Of a DNA stretch of 64,000 nucleotides, positions 19,056 through 29,134 are shown piece by piece. The notes under the pieces were generated by a model. That model was not told the origin of the DNA. It made no database searches and was given only the letters and a program-made list of their open reading frames with translations. Each line of letters opens with the position of its first letter. The first letter of the stretch is position 1. The position numbers were made by a program, and so were the translations under genes. The DNA is from a virus (taxonomy: Duplodnaviria; Heunggongvirae; Uroviricota; Caudoviricetes), in IMG/VR virus record IMGVR_UViG_3300032323_003295, positions 28,490 to 92,489 of that record; one strand, written 5' to 3'.

Positions 19056-22000
19056 TTATTGGCGTTCTACTGTTATTACTATTTTATGTGAAGCCGGTAC
19101 ATATCCTAAATTATATTGTTGTTCACCACTACCAGGATTTAAAGAATAAACTTGACTAGAGTAATAATTTGCATCATTAGGATTATACTTAAAACCTATA
19201 CCAAAATTTACTGGTGCTTGACTTACACCTGTAGCGGTTGTATTTTGTATGCTGATAGTTAGGAATCCTCTACCATGAAGACCAGTTCTATTGTCATATA
19301 TGGGTCCGGTTGGAAGTCCTGAAGTTCTAATACCAGATACTCTCACATAAGCAGTGAAATTAGTATTACCAACAGATACAGTATTTATTATTTCAATTAC
19401 ACCTCTTAAATAGTCATAATTACTATAAGCACCATATTCTCCGGAAATAGTGTCAATTATAGATATAAGTCCACAAGTACTTGGTGTAATTGGTGTAATT
19501 GGTGTAATTGGAGTTGTAGGTATTGTACCAACTTCTCCAAATGAACTAGTTGAACCCCAAGCAGGTGGAGTATCATTAGTAGTAGCAAGAAATATAATAC
19601 GTGTTGGATCAGTATTAGATTGTGTATAATCACTTAATGATTCATTATGAAATATATTCCAAACATGTAAAGATGATGTTCCACTAATAGACATACCATT
19701 GTTTAGAACTTGTAATGCATAATTATCAATAACTGAACCATTTTTAGTTAAGTTAAAATATGAACCATTCCAGTTACCATTTCTCCATAAACCATCTTCC
19801 CATAATACATTATATGCATTCATATAATTAACAATACCATTTTTCCAATTCATACCTACTGCAGTTCCTGAAACAAATGTTCCATTTTCCCAAGTAGAAA
19901 TATTAAACTCACCACCATCAAATATACCATTCTTCCAATAACAAGTATCACTAAAATTAAATGTATTAACATTTCTTGTTACATAAGGATTAAATGAACT
20001 TGATAAAAATCTACCACTTTCAAATGTACCATCCAACCAAACTGAGTTAATCATCTCACCACTTGGATGTGAAAATATACCTTTTTCCCAAAGCATATTT
20101 TTTAAGATAGCTTTATTGACAACTTTAGTAGTATCACTTGACCTTTTAATATCAGTATATAATTTTCTATCTGTAATATACTTATCTTTAATATCAGTTA
20201 CATAACCATCTCTCCATAAACCATAATATCTTCTTGTAGTTGAACCAGTTGGTGGAAAATTATATGACTTTACAAATTTATCAGGATTAGATTGTGATAA
20301 TATTGAAGGTGTTCCACCAATTGCAAGATGACCACTTCCTAAAAATTCTCCAAATGAGAATATACCATTATTCCAAACTCTTCCTTTAAACTGACCTCCA
20401 TTAAACTCACCATCAAACCAATTTGAGTTAGTTATAGTGTTTGCATTACCAAACTCACCTCCATTAAATATACCATATTCCCAAGAATAGTCTTCTTTAG
20501 GTTGTAAACTATTGTCAGGTAAATTTGATCCATAGTAAGATAAGAATTTACCACCATTAAATATACCATTTTTCCATTTTGCTTTATTTCTAAACTCACC
20601 ACCATTAAATATACCATAACTCCAAGTAGCAGTATTAAGTACACCTTGTGTATCATTTGTAGCAAAAACACCTGAATTAAATATACCATTGTTCCAAGTA
20701 ATAACAGAATTTGAAATACCATTATACTTCTGAGAAACAATTTTGGAATTTTCCACAACTGCATAATTTATAGTCCCATTATAGAACCAGGTATCATCTA
20801 TAGGAATTGATGTATCACCTATAAGACCATTATTAAATACACCATTATAAAATTTAGAATAGTAAAATTTACCACCATTAAATACTCCATTTTCCCAATC
20901 ACTTTTATAAAACTCACCATTTAAAAATGTACCATTTTGCCATGAAAATCTTGCATTAAATTCAGTACCACTTTTATAATATCTGGTTTTTACATTTTGA
21001 TTATAATCAAAAATAAGACTATTATCAAAGCTTCTGGAGTTATAAAATAGACCATCACTAAATATACCATCTACCCAAATTGATTCTTTTACCAATCCAT
21101 TTTTAAAGTTTCCACCATTCCAAATAGAATCATAAATTATACCATTATCCCATATATCATTACCACCTACAAAAAATGAGTTCATATAAGTTGCCTTTGA
21201 TAAAATATTAGAATTATCTGAAAATATAGTATCTACAAAAATTAAATTTTTTATTTTTTTAATATTATTAAAATCTTTATCACTAACATCAAAAGATTCA
21301 TCTCTCAATAATGAGTTTGTAATATATGCTCTTTTAAATATACCTGTTATAATTCTAGATCTATTAAACTTAGTTCTATGTAAATAACCATATTTATTTT
21401 GTGCTCTCATAGTTAGAAATAATCCATCTTCTAATAAATTAGGAAATGTATCTCCAGGTTTCAAAATTGATTCTAATTTAATAGTTTGATTAGTTCCTGT
21501 AATTGTACGATTTACAATTTTATATGCATCAGGTAATCTTGTTAGTGAACCGGTAACACCTGTTACTCTTATTGTTGCATTAGAGTTACCACTATTTATT
21601 GTAACAATATCATTTATCTGATAACCTAATCCTTGGAATGATTGTGTAGAACTAATTAATACACCACCATTTAATATACTTTTAATTTTTATTTTTTTTA
21701 TATTAGGACCTTCATTATTAGCACCACCAGTAGAAACTAAAGAGATATTTAATTCATCATTTATATTATAACCAAAACCAGGATTTAAAATTGTTGCAGA
21801 TGTTATAAAATAAGGACTAGTATTACTTACTGTTATTTCTACTTCTAATCCTGTTCCAGATCCTCCAGTAGTTTGTCTTGTAGTATAACCACCACCTGCA
21901 CTACTTGCATAATAATAGTTATTATTATTACCATCAGGGATAAGTTCTATCTCAAAAGCTGCTCCAATAGTAGATGCATTAACATTTATTGTTAATCCTG

Positions 22001-24338
22001 TTCCTGAACCTCCACTTGTACTAAATGTACCATTAGTATAACCTGATCCTGGATTATTAATTACAAAACTTGTAACTTTTCCTCTTGTATCATAATCAAC
22101 TGCATTTAAGAATACAACACTACCAGTTCCTAAATAATCATAATCTACTTCACTTGCAATACCTTCACTTGATATTTTATTAGAAAATGAAATACTATTA
22201 GTACCAGTTAAACTATAAAAACCACCACCATTTAATATATCTTTAGTGATATTATTATCATTACTATAATTTATATGATTTCCACTATTCCAATTTGAGT
22301 TCTCAAATATACCACTTTCAAAATCTGAGTTTACAATATAAGCTTCTGAGAAATCTAATATACCAGTTCCTAAAAATGTATTATTAAATACTCCTGAGTT
22401 TGATGTTATATAATCTGTATTAGTTTGGTATGTGTTATCTTCAAATTTTTGTTTTATAAATATATCAACTGAGTAATAATCTTTACCCTTAATATCTTCT
22501 AATTTATTTCCTATATTATCAACTGAATATCTATACTCATTTTCTTTTGGTGTAGAAACAAATGCATTATACTCAACTCCTAATTTTGTAAATCCATAAC
22601 TAACACCTAAGTTATAATCTATATACTCTTTATAAGGACCTATTTTAAATTTAGTATCAAAGAAATTTAATAATTCACCAGAATTATTATTTATTTTAAT
22701 TCCTTTAATATAAAAACTATCTTTTAATTTGAACTTCTCATAACTTCTTTTATTAATATAAAACTTATAAACTTTATGAGTTACATTTGAGTTATTAGTA
22801 ATAGTATATGTAAATTCATCATAATCAAGTACTTTAATTATATTATCACTAATATAGTTTGAATTTAAAAATAATGAAGATTTATAATGTGAGTTTACTG
22901 ATTTAACTTTATTAAACCTTGAGTTTTCAGCCCTTGAGTTTCTAATCTCTGTATTCTCAATATTTGCATTTATAAATTTACAATTATCAAAGAGAGCTTT
23001 ATTTACAGTAAGTCCACTTGTAGTAAAATTTTCAACAATATTACTTCCCTTTAAATATTCCTCAACAATATTATAAGAACTTGCACTTGTACCTAATTTT
23101 GAGTTAGTAACATTACCATTATTTATAACTGCATTTTGAATATCTGAATTAATAACAAAGTTATAACCATAACCATTATTATCTGGGTTATTAACTTTTT
23201 GATAAGGTAAACCATTAGGAGCAGAAGAAGTTGCAAAAGAGTAGTCAAACTCTGCAAAGTAACTACTTTGTTGACTATAGAAAGAATTCATTATACCAGT
23301 CTGCCATATTGTATTTAATAAAGTTCCTGAATTCCAAGTTGCAGTAGGACTATTCCATATTATTCTTTCATCATTAGTTCCATAAAGTCCTCCATTCCAC
23401 TGACCATCAAATTGTCCTCTTCTAAAGTTAGACTTTGTAATTATTGGTGGATTATTATTCTCATGTTTAACATTGACTTGCCAAGATAATAATATAGGAT
23501 CCCAAGTATAAACAGAATCTTCTTTAAATTCAGCAATAATACTATTTGAATATGAATAAGTAAAACTACCATTTAATATAAGTATTTTGTTATTTGAATT
23601 AGTTGCTGCAATAGAATAAGAACCTAACATAAAATTGCTACTAATATTAATCCAATTTGATGAATCATTTTTAATAAAAAATCCTGGTGAACCTGTCAAA
23701 CCTGATGTTTCTCCCCAATCTGTTACAGGTGCAAATCCATCCAATTTATCAGTAAATATAATATTATTTTGATTTTTATTAAATTTGAAATCTAAAATAC
23801 CATCTCTTGTAGTTATCTGTCTATTAACATGAATAAAATCATTTTGATCTTTAATATAATATACCTTAATAAAGTCATCAAAAACTTCTTGATTTTCTGA
23901 TGTTTCATTTGCAGGTAACCAACCAACAAATTCTATATCCAATACAATTCTACATTCATCTACAAAAAGAACTTTATAACCATCTCTACCTTTCTTATAT
24001 TTATCTTGTTGAATTAATAAATTACTATCATAAGCACCATTAATAATAAATACTTTATCATTGACTTTTAATCCTGAATTTACTTCTGTGTAAAATAAAG
24101 TATAGTTAACACCAGCTATTTTATATGGTTCAACCCAATTCAATAATCTTGGACTACTTGGGTTACCATATCTAAAGTTTACAATAGTTTCATCTATTGG
24201 TGTAGGTAATGTTTTTAGAAAGTCATAACCCACTAAATTAATACCTGAACCTATTTCAGCCAATTCTTCTGTTGTTATAAGATAAGGTTTGGTAATTATT
24301 TTTTTTTGTATTATATTTGTTGATGAAAATGTATTCAT
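19056..24338 (-). CDS. Giant fibre/adhesin protein (1,760 aa) with tandem WxNGxFxxGxF decapeptide repeats, beta-helix-like region, (TPI)3 linker and C-terminal globular domain
   Basis: More than 25 copies of a ~10-residue unit (WNGGNFKNGLV, WENGVFNGGKFYYSKFYNGVFNNGL, SYGIFNGGEFRNKAKWKNGIFNGGKF, SWEYGIFNGGEFGN...WFDGEFNGGQFKGRVWNNGIFSFGEF, YWKNGIFDGGEFNISTWENGTFVSG). GGSGTGL repeats. The PITPITPITP linker is encoded by a 9-nt x3 repeat at 19483-19509. Distinct C-terminal domain. Confidence 0.8.
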   Translation of the reverse strand: MNTFSSTNIIQKKIITKPYLITTEELAEIGSGINLVGYDFLKTLPTPIDETIVNFRYGNPSSPRLLNWVEPYKIAGVNYTLFYTEVNSGLKVNDKVFIINGAYDSNLLIQQDKYKKGRDGYKVLFVDECRIVLDIEFVGWLPANETSENQEVFDDFIKVYYIKDQNDFIHVNRQITTRDGILDFKFNKNQNNIIFTDKLDGFAPVTDWGETSGLTGSPGFFIKNDSSNWINISSNFMLGSYSIAATNSNNKILILNGSFTYSYSNSIIAEFKEDSVYTWDPILLSWQVNVKHENNNPPIITKSNFRRGQFDGQWNGGLYGTNDERIIWNSPTATWNSGTLLNTIWQTGIMNSFYSQQSSYFAEFDYSFATSSAPNGLPYQKVNNPDNNGYGYNFVINSDIQNAVINNGNVTNSKLGTSASSYNIVEEYLKGSNIVENFTTSGLTVNKALFDNCKFINANIENTEIRNSRAENSRFNKVKSVNSHYKSSLFLNSNYISDNIIKVLDYDEFTYTITNNSNVTHKVYKFYINKRSYEKFKLKDSFYIKGIKINNNSGELLNFFDTKFKIGPYKEYIDYNLGVSYGFTKLGVEYNAFVSTPKENEYRYSVDNIGNKLEDIKGKDYYSVDIFIKQKFEDNTYQTNTDYITSNSGVFNNTFLGTGILDFSEAYIVNSDFESGIFENSNWNSGNHINYSNDNNITKDILNGGGFYSLTGTNSISFSNKISSEGIASEVDYDYLGTGSVVFLNAVDYDTRGKVTSFVINNPGSGYTNGTFSTSGGSGTGLTINVNASTIGAAFEIELIPDGNNNNYYYASSAGGGYTTRQTTGGSGTGLEVEITVSNTSPYFITSATILNPGFGYNINDELNISLVSTGGANNEGPNIKKIKIKSILNGGVLISSTQSFQGLGYQINDIVTINSGNSNATIRVTGVTGSLTRLPDAYKIVNRTITGTNQTIKLESILKPGDTFPNLLEDGLFLTMRAQNKYGYLHRTKFNRSRIITGIFKRAYITNSLLRDESFDVSDKDFNNIKKIKNLIFVDTIFSDNSNILSKATYMNSFFVGGNDIWDNGIIYDSIWNGGNFKNGLVKESIWVDGIFSDGLFYNSRSFDNSLIFDYNQNVKTRYYKSGTEFNARFSWQNGTFLNGEFYKSDWENGVFNGGKFYYSKFYNGVFNNGLIGDTSIPIDDTWFYNGTINYAVVENSKIVSQKYNGISNSVITWNNGIFNSGVFATNDTQGVLNTATWSYGIFNGGEFRNKAKWKNGIFNGGKFLSYYGSNLPDNSLQPKEDYSWEYGIFNGGEFGNANTITNSNWFDGEFNGGQFKGRVWNNGIFSFGEFLGSGHLAIGGTPSILSQSNPDKFVKSYNFPPTGSTTRRYYGLWRDGYVTDIKDKYITDRKLYTDIKRSSDTTKVVNKAILKNMLWEKGIFSHPSGEMINSVWLDGTFESGRFLSSSFNPYVTRNVNTFNFSDTCYWKNGIFDGGEFNISTWENGTFVSGTAVGMNWKNGIVNYMNAYNVLWEDGLWRNGNWNGSYFNLTKNGSVIDNYALQVLNNGMSISGTSSLHVWNIFHNESLSDYTQSNTDPTRIIFLATTNDTPPAWGSTSSFGEVGTIPTTPITPITPITPSTCGLISIIDTISGEYGAYSNYDYLRGVIEIINTVSVGNTNFTAYVRVSGIRTSGLPTGPIYDNRTGLHGRGFLTISIQNTTATGVSQAPVNFGIGFKYNPNDANYYSSQVYSLNPGSGEQQYNLGYVPASHKIVITVERQ

Positions 24339-24417
24339 TTAACTATTATTAACTTTTTAGTATATATAAAAAAATTAATAGTCTAAACTATTTTTAATTA
24401 TCTTTATACAATATAAT

Positions 24418-25131
24418 ATGACAGACAGAAAAAAAATATTAGTATTCTCAGGAGCTGGAGTTTCTAAAGAAAGTGGTGTGGAAACTTTTCGTGATTCAGA
24501 TGGTTTGTGGAACAACTTTAAAATTGAAGATGTTGCTACACCTAATGGATGGAGAAGAGATAAAGAACTTGTATTAAACTTCTATAATGAAAGAAGAAAA
24601 CAACTTAAAACAGTTCAACCAAATAAAGCTCATGAATTACTTGCCAAACTTGAAGATTATTTTGATGTAACCATTGCAACACAAAATGTTGATGATTTAC
24701 ATGAAAGAGCTGGTTCTACAAATGTTATTCACTTACATGGTGAGTTAACAAAAGTTAGATCAACTCTTGATTCTAAATTAGTTTATGATTGGACAGAAGA
24801 TTTAAACCTTGGTGATAAATGTGAAAAAGGTTCTCAAATGAGACCTCACATTATTTGGTTTGGTGAAGGCCTTAATGAAGATAATGTTAATAATGCAGTA
24901 ACTGCTGCAAAAGAATGTGACATTTGTATTGTTATTGGAACTTCTATGCAAGTTTCACCTGCTAATGAAATTCCTTTTCTTACAAAATACAATACTTTAA
25001 TTTACTATGTGGATCCAGGAGACAAAGATTTTTATGTTCCTGAGTTCAGAGAATTAGAATTTAAACATATCCAAGAACCAGCAACAACTGGAATGGAAAA
25101 ATTATACAATGAACTAACTAAACAATTATAA
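24418..25131 (+). CDS. Sir2-family NAD-dependent protein deacylase (sirtuin/CobB-like)
   Basis: Sirtuin motifs GAGVSKESGVETFR, TQNVDDLHERAG, HIIWFGE and IVIGTSMQVSPA. 237 aa. The usual 4-Cys zinc module appears degenerate. Confidence 0.85.
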   Translation: MTDRKKILVFSGAGVSKESGVETFRDSDGLWNNFKIEDVATPNGWRRDKELVLNFYNERRKQLKTVQPNKAHELLAKLEDYFDVTIATQNVDDLHERAGSTNVIHLHGELTKVRSTLDSKLVYDWTEDLNLGDKCEKGSQMRPHIIWFGEGLNEDNVNNAVTAAKECDICIVIGTSMQVSPANEIPFLTKYNTLIYYVDPGDKDFYVPEFRELEFKHIQEPATTGMEKLYNELTKQL

Positions 25132-25134
25132 ACT

Positions 25135-25389
25135 ATGAATGAAAAATGGAATAACTGGTTTGATAAAGATTATTACAAAACAGACAAGTACTCTGACTAT
25201 AATAAATTATTGAAGGAAATTGGCTCTTCTTATGAAATTGATGATTTACTAGGTGGTTATATGAAAAATAACGATTGGAATACTTATAAGCCTAAAAAAG
25301 ATGAAACTCCACAAGAAAGAGAAGCAAGACTATTAAGAGAAAAGGCACAAGAAAGAGAAGCTAAAATTGATTTAATTTTAAAGAAGTAA
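25135..25389 (+). CDS. Hypothetical protein
   Basis: 84-aa ORF placed 4 nt after the Sir2 stop. Charged C-terminus. Confidence 0.45.
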   Translation: MNEKWNNWFDKDYYKTDKYSDYNKLLKEIGSSYEIDDLLGGYMKNNDWNTYKPKKDETPQEREARLLREKAQEREAKIDLILKK

Positions 25390-25390
25390 T

Positions 25391-25522
25391 ATGAAGGTAG
25401 ATTTTGATTTTGTAATTAAGAATTTTAATAAACATCTTAATATTGCAGCAAAGGCAAATAAAAGAAAAACTAAAATTATAAAGTTACTATCTAGTATAGA
25501 TATTAAACAATCTGTATCTTAA
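25391..25522 (+). CDS. Small ORF (43 aa), below the ORF-track threshold
   Basis: TAATATG overlap with the upstream stop. Open frame MKVDFDFVIKNFNKHLNIAAKANKRKTKIIKLLSSIDIKQSVS. Fills an otherwise 160-nt gap. Confidence 0.25.
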   Translation: MKVDFDFVIKNFNKHLNIAAKANKRKTKIIKLLSSIDIKQSVS

Positions 25523-25551
25523 TATATACTTTTATAAAAATAATAAATATT

Positions 25552-26121
25552 ATGAATTTACAAGAATTATTAAACAAATGGAACATCAAGTGTGATGTTA
25601 ATACAGTTTTATCAATGTGGAATGAATCACATCGTTCTTATCATACATTAAATCACTTAAATGATTTAATTGATCAGATAAATGAAAATAAAATTTCTTT
25701 TAATGAGAAAGAATATGAGAAGTTATTAATCACTGCTCTTTTTCATGATTGTGTTTATGATCCAATGAAACAAGATAATGAAGAAAAATCAGCTCAATTC
25801 TTTTTAGAATGTTGTCAAGATAAATCTAACAGAGATATTCAAGACATAAATCAAATGATTTTAGATACTAAAACTCATGAACCAAGTAACAGACTTTCAA
25901 GTAACTTTATTCAGTTTGATATGAATGTTATTACTAATGGAAATTATGAACAATTACTTGATTGGGAAAATGGTATATACAATGAATATAAAGCTTATGG
26001 AAATGATGCTTATAAAGATGGTAGAGTTAAATTCTTAGAATCTTTATTAGATAAACATCCTTACATTTATAATTCAGATAATCTTTCTGACTTAATAGAA
26101 TATGTAAAAACTAATTACTAA
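25552..26121 (+). CDS. HD-domain metal-dependent phosphohydrolase
   Basis: H...H then LITALFHDCVYDP (the HD motif). 189 aa. A terminator follows. Confidence 0.7.
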   Translation: MNLQELLNKWNIKCDVNTVLSMWNESHRSYHTLNHLNDLIDQINENKISFNEKEYEKLLITALFHDCVYDPMKQDNEEKSAQFFLECCQDKSNRDIQDINQMILDTKTHEPSNRLSSNFIQFDMNVITNGNYEQLLDWENGIYNEYKAYGNDAYKDGRVKFLESLLDKHPYIYNSDNLSDLIEYVKTNY

Positions 26122-26124
26122 AAA

Positions 26125-26152
26125 GAAAACCACTCAAATGAGTGGTTTTTTA
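26125..26152. terminator. Bidirectional rho-independent terminator between convergent genes
   Basis: ACCACTCA-AAT-GAGTGGT stem followed by TTTTT. Confidence 0.6.
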
Positions 26153-26947
26153 TTAAAATCTATTAAACTTTGTAATGACACTTTCTACAACTGCAGGTTC
26201 TTGTGTTGCTTCTTCTGGTTTTGCAACACCTGAATGATGTTTAGAAATAATATCTACAATATCTTTTCTTTTGTTACATTCATCAATAAATGTTTTATAA
26301 GTAGTAACTAACTCTTGATTCCAAATAATACCTGATAAAGAATCAGCTAGTGCTTTTTCAGTTTCTGGGTTTACTTCACCATCAAGTACTTCAACACTAT
26401 CCATTGATATATCATTATTTTTAACCCAAGATCCTTTTTCTATATCAAAAAGTAATGCATTTGAAAATTTTAAAGTTGGATTTTCAGCTGCTAAATCAAA
26501 TTTATAATCAAATTTAATTACTGCACTTGACCAAATACGACCATGTTCCCCCAATTCTGTTTTTCCTTCAGCCGCAATTTCTTTGTCCAACATTGGAATT
26601 ATATTCACAACTTTTTTATCATTAAATGTTTCATCAGTTAGTAATAATTTACCACCTTCAACTTTTAATTTTCCTTCATTTGGTTTATAATTTACCAAAT
26701 ATGAAATTGGATGACTTTTTGCTTCATCAGTAAGATCACTTCCACCCATAAATCTGAATGTATAAGCAAATCCTTGCTCAGCAATATTTTGTTTTTTTAA
26801 CATTTCTCCAATAAGTTTACCCTTATCAGATTTACCTTTAACAGCAGCTTCTAATCTATCTAAGAAACTCTCATTGAATTTTTTAATGTATCTCATTACA
26901 AATAATAATTTTCTTTTATATATTAAAAATAAAAACTTATTTTTCAA
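26153..26947 (-). CDS. Hypothetical protein; probable true start at Met17 (nt 26899) giving N-terminus MRYIKKFNESF (CTS-like)
   Basis: 264-aa ORF. The internal Met17 N-terminus matches the MKYIK-F-ES family motif. Confidence 0.55.
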   Translation of the reverse strand: MKNKFLFLIYKRKLLFVMRYIKKFNESFLDRLEAAVKGKSDKGKLIGEMLKKQNIAEQGFAYTFRFMGGSDLTDEAKSHPISYLVNYKPNEGKLKVEGGKLLLTDETFNDKKVVNIIPMLDKEIAAEGKTELGEHGRIWSSAVIKFDYKFDLAAENPTLKFSNALLFDIEKGSWVKNNDISMDSVEVLDGEVNPETEKALADSLSGIIWNQELVTTYKTFIDECNKRKDIVDIISKHHSGVAKPEEATQEPAVVESVITKFNRF

Positions 26948-26963
26948 TTTTTCATATAATAAT

Positions 26964-27263
26964 ATGGAACATACTAAATCATCATTTTATTTTACATCTA
27001 AAAATGATAACTGGCAAGTAGATTATACTTACTATACAACAACTCATTATAAAACCACTTTTACACAATTAAAATCAACTGTTTATTTGAATAATGAATT
27101 ATATTGGGATTTTGATGGAATACCAAACACCAGAACAGACAATCCAACTAAAAGTCAAGCTAAAGAAATTATAAGTGCTGCCAGAAAATTATATAAAGAA
27201 AACTATAAATTACGTGATGATAGAGATAAAAAACTTTCTAAGTTAGGTATTAATAATTCATAA
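26964..27263 (+). CDS. Hypothetical protein (ORF 26874..27263 trimmed to internal Met MEHTKSSF)
   Basis: The listed ORF overlaps the 5' end of the minus-strand gene. Trimming to Met31 removes the overlap and leaves a 99-aa protein that fills a 300-nt gap. Confidence 0.4.
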   Translation: MEHTKSSFYFTSKNDNWQVDYTYYTTTHYKTTFTQLKSTVYLNNELYWDFDGIPNTRTDNPTKSQAKEIISAARKLYKENYKLRDDRDKKLSKLGINNS

Positions 27264-27975
27264 TTATCCACTCTGTTCCCATTATAGTCTTTTTAAATTC
27301 AAATCTACAATTAGGATATAATTCTCTCAATCCATCAAAGTCATAATAACTTAGTAAAAACTTACCCTGAATATTATTTAATATTTCTGCCAATTCTAAA
27401 TGTGAATTAGTTCCAAACTCATGATTTATATAATACTTCTCTTTACCTTTATATGGTGGATCAACATAGAAAAAAGTTTCAGAAGAATCATACTTATCAA
27501 TAATATCTTTATAGTCAGTACTATAAATACTTGTAATTCTATCTATCTTTGGTTTATAAGCTCTATATTTCATCTTAAATATTTCAAACTCTTTATCACT
27601 TCTCCAACTATCCTGACCAATTTGATAAGGGTTAGAACAAGTCAAAACTACCAACCATTGTAATGCCAATAAAACATCATCTTTTGTAGTAATAATTCCT
27701 TTCAATGAAAATCTATAAAAGTCTTCATCTACTTTAGTTGACTTAACTAAGTCAATAAAATCTTTATTACTCTGTAATTGAGTGAATAGATTATAGTTTA
27801 GATTATTAATATCATTATAGATAAAGTCAACATGAGCATATTTGTCATAGTCTAAAGAAAAGAAAACACCCATCATGCCACCAAATGGTTCTACATAAGT
27901 AGATATATCTGTTGGTATATTGGGTGTTATAAATTGTGAAAACTTTGTTTTTTCACCAATATATGGAATTAACAT
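27250..27975 (-). CDS. DNA N6-adenine methyltransferase (Dam-like)
   Basis: Motif I VEPFGGMMGV (FxGxG) at the N-terminal side and motif IV FFYVDPPYKGKEKYY (DPPY) at the C-terminal side. Confidence 0.8.
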   Translation of the reverse strand: MLIPYIGEKTKFSQFITPNIPTDISTYVEPFGGMMGVFFSLDYDKYAHVDFIYNDINNLNYNLFTQLQSNKDFIDLVKSTKVDEDFYRFSLKGIITTKDDVLLALQWLVVLTCSNPYQIGQDSWRSDKEFEIFKMKYRAYKPKIDRITSIYSTDYKDIIDKYDSSETFFYVDPPYKGKEKYYINHEFGTNSHLELAEILNNIQGKFLLSYYDFDGLRELYPNCRFEFKKTIMGTEWIIMNY

Positions 27976-27978
27976 ATA

Positions 27979-29088
27979 TTATTTTTTGAATTCTTTTTTG
28001 TCAGATGATATATAAAATTTATCAAAGTCATAATACTTATCATAAACTTCTCTAACTTTTTTAAGTGTTACCTCATCTAAGATGTCATACACAGACCAAC
28101 CTTTTGGATTAATGTATTGATTAACAGAACCATATCTATTAATATCATCTTTTTGTTTTCTAACCATATAGTATTCTTTAACAAGATTAAATCTTTCTTT
28201 AGTTAAATACTTATCAGGATTAGTGATTACTGTCTTAACTGCTTCAACAACTTCATTAAAGTTTTTGTTTGATGTTAATGTTGAGATATTGTTTATACCT
28301 TTATCATTAACTCTTGACTGATAACAATGAACATAATAAACTAATCCTTTTTTCTCTCTAACTTCTTGGTATAAAGGAGATTTTAATCCTAAAGATAACA
28401 TTGCATTAATAAAGTGAACATAAGCAAAGTCTTCTTCAATTACTGGAGATAAAATTGCAATAGATGTTTTGTCTTTAAAGTCATTGTTTAATTCCATTGG
28501 AGTATCATGATTTCCAAAACTAACATCACTTACAATAACTCTTTCTTGAAACTCAATACCTTTATCTTTGAAGTCTTTATGTTTAGAAACATTGATAATT
28601 TTTGTTGGTTTAGCATATTGTAATTCAAAGAAGTTAAGACAATCCATAAATTTAAGTTTCTCTAAATCTTGTCTTGAACCAATTGGTGAATAATCATTAA
28701 ATAATTTTCTTGAAAGGTTTAACATATGAGATTGAGTTTGATCATTAAATGAATCCATATACTCTTCTAATACAATTTTTCTTTCATTCTCAAATTGTTC
28801 TTTAGTAATATTAAAAGTTGTTAATAAATCTACAAATTTTTTTTTCCATTTATTAACTTTTTCATCAAGTCCTGTTAAATAGAAAACAATTTCATTGGAA
28901 GAAGTATAGGCATTCCAATCAATACCATCTTTGTCAAAATCTTCTTGTAAGTGATCAAATGATTTGCATAAAAGGTGTTCCATAAGATGTGAGAGCCCAT
29001 ACCATCCTGGTTTTTCTAAGTTTGTTGAACCCTCATATACTACATAAAATCCACTTAAATCTGTGGGACTTTTTAAATTTATTATCAT
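27979..29088 (-). CDS. M16-family (pitrilysin/insulinase-like) zinc peptidase
   Basis: Inverted zincin motif GLSHLMEHLLCK (HxxEH) near the N-terminus. 369 aa. Confidence 0.7.
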   Translation of the reverse strand: MIINLKSPTDLSGFYVVYEGSTNLEKPGWYGLSHLMEHLLCKSFDHLQEDFDKDGIDWNAYTSSNEIVFYLTGLDEKVNKWKKKFVDLLTTFNITKEQFENERKIVLEEYMDSFNDQTQSHMLNLSRKLFNDYSPIGSRQDLEKLKFMDCLNFFELQYAKPTKIINVSKHKDFKDKGIEFQERVIVSDVSFGNHDTPMELNNDFKDKTSIAILSPVIEEDFAYVHFINAMLSLGLKSPLYQEVREKKGLVYYVHCYQSRVNDKGINNISTLTSNKNFNEVVEAVKTVITNPDKYLTKERFNLVKEYYMVRKQKDDINRYGSVNQYINPKGWSVYDILDEVTLKKVREVYDKYYDFDKFYISSDKKEFKK

Positions 29089-29134
29089 ATTAAAATTTGT
29101 TTTAGTAATTTATATAACTAAATAGTTATAAAGT

